Shown: positions 41,518 to 51,285 of the stretch, one piece after another
Layout: each line of letters begins with the position of its first letter
How positions within the stretch are numbered: position 1 is the stretch's first letter
Assembly (NCBI GenBank): GCA_002430725.1
Contig: DJCU01000040.1
Location: 15,401 to 79,400, forward strand
DNA length: 64,000 nucleotides
Source: Candidatus Gottesmanbacteria bacterium UBA5942
GTDB taxonomy: Bacteria > Patescibacteriota > Microgenomatia > UBA10105 > UBA927
Reading direction: 5' to 3'
The notes under the pieces: generated by a model
Database searches by the model: none
What the model was told of the DNA's origin: nothing
Seen by the model: only the letters and a program-made list of their open reading frames with translations
Translations under genes and position numbers: made by a program

Positions 41518-42060
41518 ATGAGCAATTCAGATATAAACCTTATCCGGAAAGATGTAAGTAGTTCCCGTAAATTTTCAGTCCTAGAAGAAAAACTGCGGCT
41601 TGTCTCAGTATGGTTTTTGGGCGGCGTGTTTGTTATCGGGATAGCAATAGGAACTGCATATCTTTATATAAGTCTCCGTGTCCGGTCGCTTGAAGCGACA
41701 AAAGTTACTCTCGCACAACAAATAAATCTCCAGAGTGCCAAAGAAGGTATTTTGCTATCGCTCAAAGAACGGACTTCTGTGGCTGGACGAGCGCTTGAAG
41801 TGGCGAAGCCTTGGGGAAAAATGTTTACGGTATTACAGGAAATTGCCTCGGAAGCACAATACAATTCACTTACTGTGGATGACACTGGTAAAGTGACGAC
41901 TACATTATTCCTCGGTTCTATAGACGAATCGGTTTCTGTGGTGCTTAATCTCGTGAGACTGGTAAATGAGCGGATGCTTCGTACGCCACAATTGTTATCA
42001 TTTTCGTATAAAGAAGACGCTACCGTACAAATGACAATATCGTTTTTTCCGGTTTTTTAA
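41518..42060 (+). CDS. pilN: PilN-like bitopic pilus assembly protein
   Basis: Short cytoplasmic N-terminus, single TM, periplasmic coiled coil; position after pilM. Confidence 0.55.
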   Translation: MSNSDINLIRKDVSSSRKFSVLEEKLRLVSVWFLGGVFVIGIAIGTAYLYISLRVRSLEATKVTLAQQINLQSAKEGILLSLKERTSVAGRALEVAKPWGKMFTVLQEIASEAQYNSLTVDDTGKVTTTLFLGSIDESVSVVLNLVRLVNERMLRTPQLLSFSYKEDATVQMTISFFPVF

Positions 42061-42068
42061 ATTGCAGT

Positions 42069-42809
42069 ATGCAACCTATCGACAAAATACTTCGTAACTA
42101 TCAAAGCATGATCGTTTCAGGGGCGATTATATTGTTTTGTGTTATCGCACTAATTTTTGCGGTTATCCCTTCTGTTCAAAAAATACAGGAGATGTTTGTT
42201 CAAGTATCTGACATAGCTGCAGAAGCCGAAGGGTTACAGAAAAAGCTTAATGTTTTAAATGCCTTGGATGAGCAAACACTTCGATTTCAATTAGCGAGTG
42301 TATTGACCGCTGTTCCTGGCGACCGATCGTTTCCATCGTTATTTGAAACTGTTGAAGGGGTAGCCGCTCGGACTGGGGTAGTAGTCCAGCAAATGGGTTT
42401 GTCGGGAGGCACAACACTTGCCACTCCATCAGCTGCGAAGTTATCCGCTGCTGATCGAAAATTGGGTGCACGTACCGTACCCTTTTCAGTGACGGTCAAC
42501 GGATCGATTTCTGCTGTTCAGGAGTTTATTACGCTTGCTCCTAATGTGCGCAGATTATTACGTATCCGTACTTTTGCAATTGCATTCCCTCCCGATGAGC
42601 GCCCATTGACGGTTTCGATAGAGATGGACGCGTTTTATGAGCCACTACCCACGAGTCTCGGAACAGCAAAAACTATTCTTCCGGAGCTTACTGCCGCAGA
42701 CAATGAAATTATTGAGCGATTAGGGAATATGGAGCTTATTACGCAAAGTGCTGAGGCGTTGCCTGAACCGTTTATTGGCCAAATTAAGCCAAATCCTTTC
42801 GTGCCTTGA
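42069..42809 (+). CDS. pilO: PilO-like pilus assembly protein
   Basis: Single TM plus coiled coil; position after pilN. Confidence 0.5.
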   Translation: MQPIDKILRNYQSMIVSGAIILFCVIALIFAVIPSVQKIQEMFVQVSDIAAEAEGLQKKLNVLNALDEQTLRFQLASVLTAVPGDRSFPSLFETVEGVAARTGVVVQQMGLSGGTTLATPSAAKLSAADRKLGARTVPFSVTVNGSISAVQEFITLAPNVRRLLRIRTFAIAFPPDERPLTVSIEMDAFYEPLPTSLGTAKTILPELTAADNEIIERLGNMELITQSAEALPEPFIGQIKPNPFVP

Positions 42810-43482
42810 GTAATAGATCAGGGCGTCTTTTTTGGGTGCGTTCCAACGCTTTTTCTTCACGCCACTTCATGATTTTTTTGTGGTTTCCTGAAAGTAGCAC
42901 AGCAGGGACAGAAGCTTTTCCGTATCTTTCTGGACGCGTGTAATGCGGATATTCAAGCATGTTGTTTTCAAATGATTCGTTTATGGTGGCATCGGGTTTT
43001 GCCAACACATCAGGAAGAAGTCGGGCAACTGAGTCAGTAAGCACCATCGCGGGAATTTCACCACCGGTCAAGACATAATCACCGATGGAAATTTCCTCAT
43101 CAACTAATGCACGTGCCCGCTCGTCTACTCCCTCATAGTGACCACAAAGGATGATAAGGTGATCGACAGTACTTAGTTGGCGTGCTTTGTGTTGTGTGTA
43201 GGTTTCGCCCTGCGGGGTCATAAGTATTGCCCGTTGTGTACTATTTTTAACCAGTGAACGTGTGTGTTGGAGTGCACGGTCGATAACATCAACTCGAAGC
43301 ACCATGCCTGTTCCTCCGCCATACGGATGGTCGTCAACAGAACCGTACGCATCAGAGGCAAAGTCGCGAAGATTAACGAATGTTATGTCGAGTTTCCCTT
43401 TTTCTATTGCTCGTTTTACGATAGAAGCACTAAATACTCCGGAAAACATTTCCGGGAATAAAGTAATGATGGAGATATGCAT
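42784..43482 (-). CDS. trmD: tRNA (guanine37-N1)-methyltransferase
   Basis: MHISIITLFPEMF...DDHPYGGGTGMVL canonical TrmD. Confidence 0.95.
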   Translation of the reverse strand: MHISIITLFPEMFSGVFSASIVKRAIEKGKLDITFVNLRDFASDAYGSVDDHPYGGGTGMVLRVDVIDRALQHTRSLVKNSTQRAILMTPQGETYTQHKARQLSTVDHLIILCGHYEGVDERARALVDEEISIGDYVLTGGEIPAMVLTDSVARLLPDVLAKPDATINESFENNMLEYPHYTRPERYGKASVPAVLLSGNHKKIMKWREEKALERTQKRRPDLLLKARKDLA

Positions 43483-43485
43483 AGC

Positions 43486-43737
43486 TCACGCCTCAACTGG
43501 TGGCGCGTCCTCGGCGATTTCAACATCTATATAGATGTTTCGTTTTGCCGCAATGACTTTCATGAGGTCACGAAGCGCACGAATAATGCGTCCGCTCTTT
43601 CCGATAACTTTACCGGTGTCTTCAGGGTGGGTATGGATAGTGAGAATAATTGCTTCACCATCCTGTCGTTCGTCAATAACGATGTTTTCCGGGTGATCGA
43701 CAAGTGTTCGGACGAAATAGTCTAATGTGTCTTTCAT
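43486..43737 (-). CDS. khpA: KH-domain RNA-binding protein KhpA (UPF0109)
   Basis: VIGKSGRIIRALRDL GXXG KH motif. Confidence 0.85.
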   Translation of the reverse strand: MKDTLDYFVRTLVDHPENIVIDERQDGEAIILTIHTHPEDTGKVIGKSGRIIRALRDLMKVIAAKRNIYIDVEIAEDAPPVEA

Positions 43738-43967
43738 GGGGTTTTCGCGAGAAGCTTTTCGACTCCAGGGCTTACAACTGCACCCTGGCTTTTCCAGTAG
43801 GCGACCCGATCAAGGTTTACTGAAACCTGCGTGGGCTTTACTAGTGGATTATAAAATCCGAGCATTTCAACAGGCGTCCCGTTGCGTCTTTTTCCCTCTT
43901 CTATCGCAACAATGCGGTACGTCCGTCTATTTTTGGCTCCGTATTGGGCTAAACGAATCTTTACCAT
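43734..43967 (-). CDS. rpsP: 30S ribosomal protein S16
   Basis: MVKIRLAQYGAKNRRTYRIVAIE...LGFYNP. Confidence 0.95.
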   Translation of the reverse strand: MVKIRLAQYGAKNRRTYRIVAIEEGKRRNGTPVEMLGFYNPLVKPTQVSVNLDRVAYWKSQGAVVSPGVEKLLAKTP

Positions 43968-43982
43968 AGAAGTAATATTCTA

Positions 43983-44669
43983 TCAGATATCGCCACGCTT
44001 CTCAAGAGCGCTCTGAGCAGCTTGCTGTTCAGCTTCCTGTTTTGATTTACCGATACCACTTCCCAAGACGGTATCCCCTGTCGCAACCTCTACCCAAAAG
44101 GTCTTATTGTGGTCAGGCCCTTCACTTTTCACTACTCGATAGACAGGTGATGTTTTTGTCTTTTCCTGAGTAATTTCCTGCAGCAAACTTTTGAAATCTA
44201 TGTAACTTTTGGTCGTGAGAATGGTTTCTGTTTTGTATAACAGGTGGGTCATGAGAAATTTTTTCGCTTCTTCGATGCCACGATCAAGAAAAATTGCCCC
44301 CAATAATGCCTCAAAACAGTCCGCAAGGAGTGATTCGTTACTTCTTCCCCCCGAGGATTCTTCTCCGCGGCTCAACATGAGAAGTTCTCCCAGTCCGAGG
44401 CTCGCGGCAACCGCCCCCAAGCTCTTGGTTTTAACAAGAGTGGATCGAACATTTGTGAGCGTGCCTTCAGGAAACTGCGGATAGGTTTCGTATAAGTATT
44501 GGGAGGTGATAAATGATAATACCGCGTCTCCCAAAAATTCTAGTCGTTCGTTCGATCCTTTGTCTTCTTTGGATTCATTTAGGTGTGAACGGTGGATAAA
44601 TGCCTGCTTTAACAATTCAGTATCGTTAAATTGTATAGCAATTGTTTGTTGAAGTTCGTCGAGTGTCAT
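43983..44669 (-). CDS. rnc: Ribonuclease III
   Basis: ERLEFLGDAVL signature, C-terminal dsRBD. Confidence 0.95.
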   Translation of the reverse strand: MTLDELQQTIAIQFNDTELLKQAFIHRSHLNESKEDKGSNERLEFLGDAVLSFITSQYLYETYPQFPEGTLTNVRSTLVKTKSLGAVAASLGLGELLMLSRGEESSGGRSNESLLADCFEALLGAIFLDRGIEEAKKFLMTHLLYKTETILTTKSYIDFKSLLQEITQEKTKTSPVYRVVKSEGPDHNKTFWVEVATGDTVLGSGIGKSKQEAEQQAAQSALEKRGDI

Positions 44670-44689
44670 AGGTTGTTGTTGTAAAGTAA

Positions 44690-45043
44690 TTATGGTGATA
44701 GTTTGACGATAGTGCCAAGTACCCCATTGATAAATTTTGCACTATGCTCGTTGCCAAACGACTTTCCTAGCTCTACCGCTTCGTCTATCACGACTTTTTT
44801 GGGATTTTTGGTATCAAACATAAGTTCCCAAACAGAAAGCCGTAATATTGCTAAGTCAATTTTAGCAATTTTTTCAAGCGGCCACTCTGGCGCGGCTTTT
44901 TCAATATGCGCGTCAATTTCTGAGAGCTTTTCGACAATAGGAGCTGTTTCTTCTGAGACCGGCACTTCGCGGAAGCTGTAGCTAAATAATTGCTGCATCC
45001 TGGTAATACGTTTTTGATGTCGCGGGTCGTTGGGGGTCTTCAT
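44690..45043 (-). CDS. nusB: Transcription antitermination factor NusB
   Basis: DLAILRLSVWEL...VVIDEAVELGKSFG...KFINGVL. Confidence 0.85.
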   Translation of the reverse strand: MKTPNDPRHQKRITRMQQLFSYSFREVPVSEETAPIVEKLSEIDAHIEKAAPEWPLEKIAKIDLAILRLSVWELMFDTKNPKKVVIDEAVELGKSFGNEHSAKFINGVLGTIVKLSP

Positions 45044-45119
45044 GAACTCTGAAACTATCAGCTTTCAGCAATCAGCTCTCACTGCTATTGCGTGACAACT
45101 GGCACCTGACAGCCGATTG

Positions 45120-45323
45120 TTATGCTGTTTTCTTTACTTTCTTTTCTTTTTTCACTGCAACTGCTCGTCCATTATAAAATCCGCAGTATTTACATACTCG
45201 ATGTGGTATTCGTGGTTTACCACAATTTGGGCAGATCAAAAGTCCTGGCAATTTCATACGGATACTTGCGTCCCGTTTGCCCTGGCGGCGTTTTGATGCT
45301 CTTCGTTTTGGTAGCGGTGTCAT
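45120..45323 (-). CDS. rpmF: 50S ribosomal protein L32
   Basis: PKRRASKRRQGKR...CPNCGKPRIPHRVCKYCGFY zinc ribbon. Confidence 0.85.
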   Translation of the reverse strand: MTPLPKRRASKRRQGKRDASIRMKLPGLLICPNCGKPRIPHRVCKYCGFYNGRAVAVKKEKKVKKTA

Positions 45324-45376
45324 AAGATAAAAATAAACTAAATGAAATCCCTCGTAACGAGCGATAACAATCGCTA

Positions 45377-47437
45377 TTACGATTGAATAGTATCTATTTT
45401 ACTCCCCTGGAGGCGTTCTCTCAAGTAGGGAAACTGAGAAAGGCTCGGATCCTGGTTTGTGAGGTCATTGACTGTTTGCTTTACCCTAGCTACCAATTCG
45501 GTGTCAGAAAGTGTCGCGATGGCAAATCCTGCAACCCCATGCTGTCGTGTACCAAATAGTTCTCCGGGGCCTCGTAGCTTCAGGTCGAGCTCGGCAAGCT
45601 CCGGGCCATTATGCACCGTTTCGAGGGCTTTAAGCCGGTTAATGATCTCGGGCGTCTCGTTTTCAGTAAACAGCAAGCAATATGATGGCTTTTCCCGCCT
45701 CCCCACCCTTCCCCGTAGTTGGTGAAGTTGGGAAAGACCAAACCGTTCAGCTGCCTCTATGACCATGATAGTTGCTTCTGGGATATCTATGCCTACTTCA
45801 ACAACTGGAGTAGATACAAGAATATCTGTTTTTTGGTCATGCATACGAGTAAGGGCTTCGGTTTTTTCATCAGCCTTCATGCGGCCATGCAGGAGGTCGA
45901 CCGTAAGCGGCGAAAATATTTTTTTGAGGGTAACAAATTCACTGGTAGCGGCTTTCACTGTGGTGAGCGTTTCTGATTCGTTGATGAGCGGGCAAATAAC
46001 AAACGCTTGTGAGTGAGTATTGGAAAGTTCTTTTTTGATCCATTCGTACGCGGCATTTCGCTTGGATGTCGGTACAACCCATGTTTTTATGGGTACTCTG
46101 CCTTTCGGAAGCGTGTGAAGTACACTTATATCAATATTGCCAAATGCGGTTTGAGCGATAGTCCGAGGTATAGGTGTTGCGGTCATCGAAAGCTGGTGTG
46201 GCACGACACGTTCTTTTGTTTGGTTACGTAACGCTCCGCGTTGAGCAACGCCAAATCGTTGTTGTTCATCGATGACGATAAATCCAAAATCAGGAAGCTC
46301 GCTCGCTTTTGATAATAATGCGTGTGTGCCGACATAGATAGCTGGAATACTTGTTTTGGGAGGCGGTGGAGTCTTTTTAGACCCTCCGAGGATAAGGTGA
46401 ATATGTATATGAAATGTGTCTTCTAAGATGAGGCGAAGTGTGTTGGCGTGTTGCTCTGCGAGTATCTGGGTTGGTGCAAGGAGCGCAGAATTTTGTTGAT
46501 TAAGAAAAGCTGCAAACATGCCCGCTGCCGCCACAACCGTTTTTCCAGCCCCCACATCCCCTTCGAGCAGCCTATTCATTGGTGTTGGACTAGCCAAGTC
46601 GGAGATAATGTCCGAAACCGCTGTTAACTGATCGGGAGTTAGGGTAAACGGTAATCTGCTCACAAACTCGTTGAGCTGATTTTTCGATATACGAAGCGCA
46701 TGGGCTTTGAGTGATTGTTTCCACCATCGTTTTTGTTGTTGGGATTGCAACATAAGCATAAATAATTCATCAAATGCCAGACGTTCTCGGGCAAGTGCCG
46801 CATGTTCTAAGGTATCGGGAAAATGGATTGTCTGTATGGCATGTTGAATATCTGGTAAGTGGTGGGAGACGCGAATATATTCAGGGATTGGGTCTTGTAT
46901 AAGCGAAAGATACTGCTCGAGTACAAACGCGATTCTGCCACGCAACCATTTTGATGAAAGACCATTCGTTTCTGGATAGACCGGTACGAGACGACCAGTA
47001 TGGAGGCTGTCTTTATTTTCTCCTGCACTATGAAGCACTTCATATTCAGGTGATGACAATACTTTTTTTTGACCAAACCAACCGACATTACCCGAAACAC
47101 TCAAGGTATCTCCGGCAGAAAGGATTTTTGTAAGGTATAGTTGGTTAAACCACGTTATATCTATCGCGCCGCTTTCATCACGTAAACGTGCCATGACGAG
47201 TCGTTTTCCGTTTTTGGTAATAAAGGTGCGAATATATTCGAGTTCTCCCACAACAGTAACGGTTTCACCAGGCTGTAAGCGAGCTATTGGAGAGACTAAG
47301 GAATAATCTTTGTACCGAAATGGCACATAGGTCATGAGGTCGTAAACAGTTTTGACTCCAACTTTAGCAAGAAGCGATGCCATGCGCGGGCCAACACGAG
47401 GAACAAATTGTATTGGACTATCAAGCGTCACTTCCAT
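45377..47437 (-). CDS. recG: ATP-dependent DNA helicase RecG
   Basis: Wedge domain, Walker A GDVGAGKT, DEQQRFG, helicase C-terminal motifs. Confidence 0.9.
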   Translation of the reverse strand: MEVTLDSPIQFVPRVGPRMASLLAKVGVKTVYDLMTYVPFRYKDYSLVSPIARLQPGETVTVVGELEYIRTFITKNGKRLVMARLRDESGAIDITWFNQLYLTKILSAGDTLSVSGNVGWFGQKKVLSSPEYEVLHSAGENKDSLHTGRLVPVYPETNGLSSKWLRGRIAFVLEQYLSLIQDPIPEYIRVSHHLPDIQHAIQTIHFPDTLEHAALARERLAFDELFMLMLQSQQQKRWWKQSLKAHALRISKNQLNEFVSRLPFTLTPDQLTAVSDIISDLASPTPMNRLLEGDVGAGKTVVAAAGMFAAFLNQQNSALLAPTQILAEQHANTLRLILEDTFHIHIHLILGGSKKTPPPPKTSIPAIYVGTHALLSKASELPDFGFIVIDEQQRFGVAQRGALRNQTKERVVPHQLSMTATPIPRTIAQTAFGNIDISVLHTLPKGRVPIKTWVVPTSKRNAAYEWIKKELSNTHSQAFVICPLINESETLTTVKAATSEFVTLKKIFSPLTVDLLHGRMKADEKTEALTRMHDQKTDILVSTPVVEVGIDIPEATIMVIEAAERFGLSQLHQLRGRVGRREKPSYCLLFTENETPEIINRLKALETVHNGPELAELDLKLRGPGELFGTRQHGVAGFAIATLSDTELVARVKQTVNDLTNQDPSLSQFPYLRERLQGSKIDTIQS

Positions 47438-47561
47438 GAGGCTATTATACAGCGTTACTGTAATCCACCTGCGAGGAATGGTACGAAAGAAGTCGCCACA
47501 AGCGCAATTGTCGAGATGACGACAATCACCTTCCAGAATTTTTCGTGTTTTCTAAAAAAGT

Positions 47562-48785
47562 TCATGACGTTATTTTACCAGCTTTTCTGCCGACTTTTAA
47601 TATATCGCCTTTTTTGGGTGATATTGCCTGGTGATAATCGGTTATAAGTTCGTTGTTAAATGCAACCGCCTTTTGTTCGATGAGGCGTTTCGCTTCAGAT
47701 TTGCTTGAAGCAAAACCTGAGGCAAGCACGACATCAGAAAGCGTAGGATTATCGGAAAATGCGCTCAGTGACAACGGTACGAGCTCCGCGTTACCCAAGT
47801 CGCCCTTTTGAAATCGAGTTTCAAATTGTTTCTGTGCGTTTTCGGCATCTTTGTCTGAGTTAAATTGTCGTGTGAGTTCGTACGCAAGTTGCTTTTTGAA
47901 CTTCATAGGGTTTTCCCCTTCCGTCATTTGTTCTTGCATGGCGGTAATGTCGTTGTCAGATATATCAGTGAGTAATGTAAAACATGGAATGATAGCGTCA
48001 TCACCTAATGACATTATTTTGCCATAAAAATCGTTTGGTGCATCGGTAAGCCCAATCGCATTGCCTTCTGTTTTCCCTATTTTCACCCCTTTGGCGTCTG
48101 CAAGAAGTGGTACGGTCATCACGAATTTTTCCCTGCCCTGCATAGCCGATACCAATTGGCGACCTGCAAGCATGTTAAACGATTGATCCGTTCCGCCAAG
48201 TTCAAGATCGACACTCATCGCGACCGAATCATATCCTTGGAGTAGCGGGTACAAAAATTCACGAAGATTTATCGACTCTCCCCGTTTCATGCGCTCCTGG
48301 TACATGTCTCGTTCAATAAGTTGCTGCACCGAAAAATTTTGTGCGATTTCCAAAATATCTACAAGCGTAAGCGAGTTTAGCCAATCACCGTTGTAGAGAA
48401 TTTCTACGGGATTATCGCCATCAAACCGAATTATTTTACTTGCCTGTTTTACGTAGTCCTGTGCATTTGATCGTAGTTCCTCACGGGACATAAATTTTCC
48501 ACGAGCTTTCATCTTGCCCGAAGGGTCTCCTGCCTGGCCAGTCCCATCACCGATTAAAAATATGACATGGTGTCCGAGATCCTGAAATTCTTTCAGCTTT
48601 CTAATCGCTACCGCATGCCCGATATGCAGCTGCGTGCCAGTCGGATCAAAACCCTGGTACAGCCGAAGTTTTTTGCCGCTACGAAGCACTTTTTCAAAGG
48701 CTTCACGATTTGGGTAAATGGTGTCGACACCCCGAGTTAATAAATGATCAATTGCGTCCATAATTTCTCCTTTACTATAGCACAC
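47562..48785 (-). CDS. tyrS: Tyrosine--tRNA ligase with C-terminal S4 domain
   Basis: HIGHAVAIRKL (HIGH), KIGKTEGNAIGL (KMSKS-region equivalent), S4 C-terminus. Confidence 0.95.
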   Translation of the reverse strand: MCYSKGEIMDAIDHLLTRGVDTIYPNREAFEKVLRSGKKLRLYQGFDPTGTQLHIGHAVAIRKLKEFQDLGHHVIFLIGDGTGQAGDPSGKMKARGKFMSREELRSNAQDYVKQASKIIRFDGDNPVEILYNGDWLNSLTLVDILEIAQNFSVQQLIERDMYQERMKRGESINLREFLYPLLQGYDSVAMSVDLELGGTDQSFNMLAGRQLVSAMQGREKFVMTVPLLADAKGVKIGKTEGNAIGLTDAPNDFYGKIMSLGDDAIIPCFTLLTDISDNDITAMQEQMTEGENPMKFKKQLAYELTRQFNSDKDAENAQKQFETRFQKGDLGNAELVPLSLSAFSDNPTLSDVVLASGFASSKSEAKRLIEQKAVAFNNELITDYHQAISPKKGDILKVGRKAGKITS

Positions 48786-48794
48786 CGTTAGTCA

Positions 48795-49901
48795 TTATTC
48801 ATGCCACACGTGTCGTGCCACGCGTGCGACAAGCTGTAGTTTCCGTTTCTGATCACGTACCGTCATATTATTGCCGCGGGCGACAGACGCAAATCCGCAT
48901 TGCGTGCTTATCGCGAGCCGTTCTATCGGAACAAAACGTGCGGCTTCCCGTATACGCGCCACCAGATCTTTTTGCCGTTCGAGTTTGGGTGACTTGGTGG
49001 TTACAAGACCCAATACTACTATTTTATCTTTCGGCACATGACGCAACGGGCTGAAATCGCCCGCGCGCTCACTGTCAAATTCCAACAGCAGCCGATCTAC
49101 GCGCGCACGTTTAAAAACGATATCTGCGATGCGCTCGTATCCTCCTCGAGCCATAAAACGGTTTTTGTCGTTACCGCGGCATATGTGGAGTGACGTTGTG
49201 CCGGAAAATCCCTCTAAGATGTCATTTATCATCGCCACACCTTCGGCAATAAGCGTTTCAGGGTTGAACCCTTTGCCCGCAAACCATTCCCGCTGAACCG
49301 GATCAAGCAGCATGCCAAATTCGGGAGCATCAACCTGTATGTGGGCAACCCCCTGTCGATCCAGTTCCCGCACGCTCTCCTTGAGGTGGTGTGTGACATC
49401 TTTGAGAAACCCAAGTGGTGACGGGTATACCCGGTTAGATATGCCAGGGACAAAGTAGTAACTCATCATAGTCGGGCTTGGAATAGTAATTTTTGTCGGC
49501 ATATCGGTGATTGCCCGCAGGAATGAGAATTCGTCAACCGAGATATCATGAATTTTTTTAAGTTTCCCGACGATGCCTACCGTTACCGGATCGACAATTT
49601 TCTTTCCGTTCATATCAAACCAGATGACGGTGTTTCCCGGGACATTCCATTTAAATCCTTCCATCGCTTTTACAAAATTATGGCAAAATACCGGGCGGCG
49701 CATTTCCCCGTCGGTAACGATATCGACACCGGTCTCTTCCTGTATGGTGACTGCTTCTCTGACCGCCTTGTCTTCTTCCCGAGTGAGATCAGCCGGTGTT
49801 GCTTTTCCCTGCCTCACATTTTCCTGCATCGCAAGCAGTGATGATGGTCGCAGCATACTGCCCACAACATCAGCTCGTATGGGCGCTCGTTTTGTTTTCA
49901 T
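48795..49901 (-). CDS. Core (single-domain) cobalamin-independent methionine synthase, MetE C-terminal-like
   Basis: DVVGSMLRP start typical of the MetE catalytic barrel; Zn ligands retained (H-I-C in GTTSLHICRGN; Cys in ISTQCGFAS); no N-terminal folate-binding barrel. Confidence 0.8.
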   Translation of the reverse strand: MKTKRAPIRADVVGSMLRPSSLLAMQENVRQGKATPADLTREEDKAVREAVTIQEETGVDIVTDGEMRRPVFCHNFVKAMEGFKWNVPGNTVIWFDMNGKKIVDPVTVGIVGKLKKIHDISVDEFSFLRAITDMPTKITIPSPTMMSYYFVPGISNRVYPSPLGFLKDVTHHLKESVRELDRQGVAHIQVDAPEFGMLLDPVQREWFAGKGFNPETLIAEGVAMINDILEGFSGTTSLHICRGNDKNRFMARGGYERIADIVFKRARVDRLLLEFDSERAGDFSPLRHVPKDKIVVLGLVTTKSPKLERQKDLVARIREAARFVPIERLAISTQCGFASVARGNNMTVRDQKRKLQLVARVARHVWHE

Positions 49902-50761
49902 GTTTCCTCCTTCCGGGCAAATGCCCTAAGTGAAATGGGACTAAAATCTAGCACGTGTCCTTTGACAGGATCTCGGTTAATCCGCCGTTTGGACCAAGGC
50001 GAAAGGTTTCTGGGCGGTTCCGCGTCCGTCACCGACCATACCGATACTCCAGGTAGGTGACGCAGCACATCGGAGAATTCCTTCTTTGAAAAAGCAGCAG
50101 TAAATGTCGGCAGAAGAAGCGGCACGATAGACGGTTTCGTAAACCGGAGCCTTTCCTCAAGTGCTGTTAAAAATTCGGGAGACGTATTCCGCTGGTAGTC
50201 TGCAACCAGTAGGCTTCCGCCTGGTTTCGTCAGCCTGAACATTTCAGTCATTGCTTCACGCAGGCGCTCCAGGCTCGACATCTGATGGGTAGAGTTATGG
50301 CTAATCACCAGGTCAAACTGGTTGTCCGGTAATGCAATACGTTCTACCGGTGACTTTACAAATCCCATGCGTCCGAGTATCGACCGGGCGTGAGCTTTTT
50401 GTCGCGCGTGTTGAAGCATCGTGTCATCGCCATCATGTTCCATGACAAATTTTGCGCCCATTTTGGATAGTTCGCGTCCAAGCCTACCTGGGCCCGACAT
50501 GACATCCAACACGTGCATAGAGCGAAGCTTCCGTTTGCCGAACCGGTTCGCTACCTCGCGCGCGAGTAGCCAATCATCGACCGATGCGGGGTAATCACAC
50601 CCCTGAATGTACGTAAGCGCTTCGTCACGCGTGAACATTTCCGCACGTTCGGGTACCCGTGTCCGGAAATCGAGCGCACGTAATCCGAACGGGTCGACAT
50701 TTTTTTGCCTGAGCATGTCAGATCTCATGATTTCTCTCATATATCCCTCACTTTCATACAT
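49898..50761 (-). CDS. Class I SAM-dependent methyltransferase
   Basis: Motif I VLDVMSGPGRLG, motif post-II PGGSLLVADY; stop overlaps (ATGA) the start of the downstream MetE-like gene. Confidence 0.7.
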   Translation of the reverse strand: MYESEGYMREIMRSDMLRQKNVDPFGLRALDFRTRVPERAEMFTRDEALTYIQGCDYPASVDDWLLAREVANRFGKRKLRSMHVLDVMSGPGRLGRELSKMGAKFVMEHDGDDTMLQHARQKAHARSILGRMGFVKSPVERIALPDNQFDLVISHNSTHQMSSLERLREAMTEMFRLTKPGGSLLVADYQRNTSPEFLTALEERLRFTKPSIVPLLLPTFTAAFSKKEFSDVLRHLPGVSVWSVTDAEPPRNLSPWSKRRINRDPVKGHVLDFSPISLRAFARKEET

Positions 50762-50824
50762 AATGTTTATACGTTTTGCATTTCGGGTCGCAGCCCTTTT
50801 GTATACGAAAGGGTTTGCCCGTAT

Positions 50825-50909
50825 GTGCTGAGGGGAGGATTCGAACCTCCGCAGACCTGAAGATCAGCTGTTTTACAGACAGCCGCAGTTGTCCCCTTTG
50901 CTACCTCAG
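50825..50909 (-). tRNA. tRNA-Tyr (anticodon GTA), class II, no encoded CCA
   Basis: Minus-strand sequence GCTGAGG...: anticodon stem GCTGT/ACAGC, loop CTGTAAA giving GTA; long variable arm; T-loop GGTTCGAATCC; discriminator A. Confidence 0.85.
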
Positions 50910-50939
50910 CAATATGTATGTATCAATATGTTGTCGCCA

Positions 50940-51285
50940 CAAAAAACCCCGCCTCCGTCCCCGATAAAAAATCGGGAACAAGGGCGGGGGTTTATCCCAC
51001 GCGGTACCACCTTGCTTCGCTAAAGTAAGTTTTTTCCACAAAAAAACCGACGAGAGGTCGGTTCTACCTTAGCCTCATTTGTGAACTCCGCTTATGGCGA
51101 CATTCACATTCTGCTTTTACGGGCTTACCCGGATTGGTTTACTCCTTGTTCAACCTTTCAGCTCAAGTGAGTATTTCGCAGATAATCTATCGGGAGATCT
51201 TGCACCAACCGTCTCCTCTCTCTTGTCTCAGATTGCCTACTACTTCATCACTTTCAATGCTTTTCCTATTCAATTGTTGATTGAA
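50940..51285 (-). promoter_or_regulatory. Putative T-box riboswitch leader (tRNA-sensing antitermination)
   Basis: Minus strand: promoter TTGACA-17-TACAGT; T-box core AAGGUGGUACCGCG (forward 51000-51013) giving antiterminator AAGG/CCUU + bulge UGGUACC + GCG/CGC; overlapping intrinsic terminator CCCCCGCC...GGCGGGG + U7 (forward 50942-50998). Confidence 0.6.

Noticed and set aside
51040-51062. Second intrinsic terminator (accgac-gaga-gtcggt plus a T-run on the minus strand) inside the putative T-box leader
   Set aside because: It is a short 6-bp stem placed where T-box Stem III normally sits, just 5' of the antiterminator. It was interpreted as Stem III rather than a terminator.
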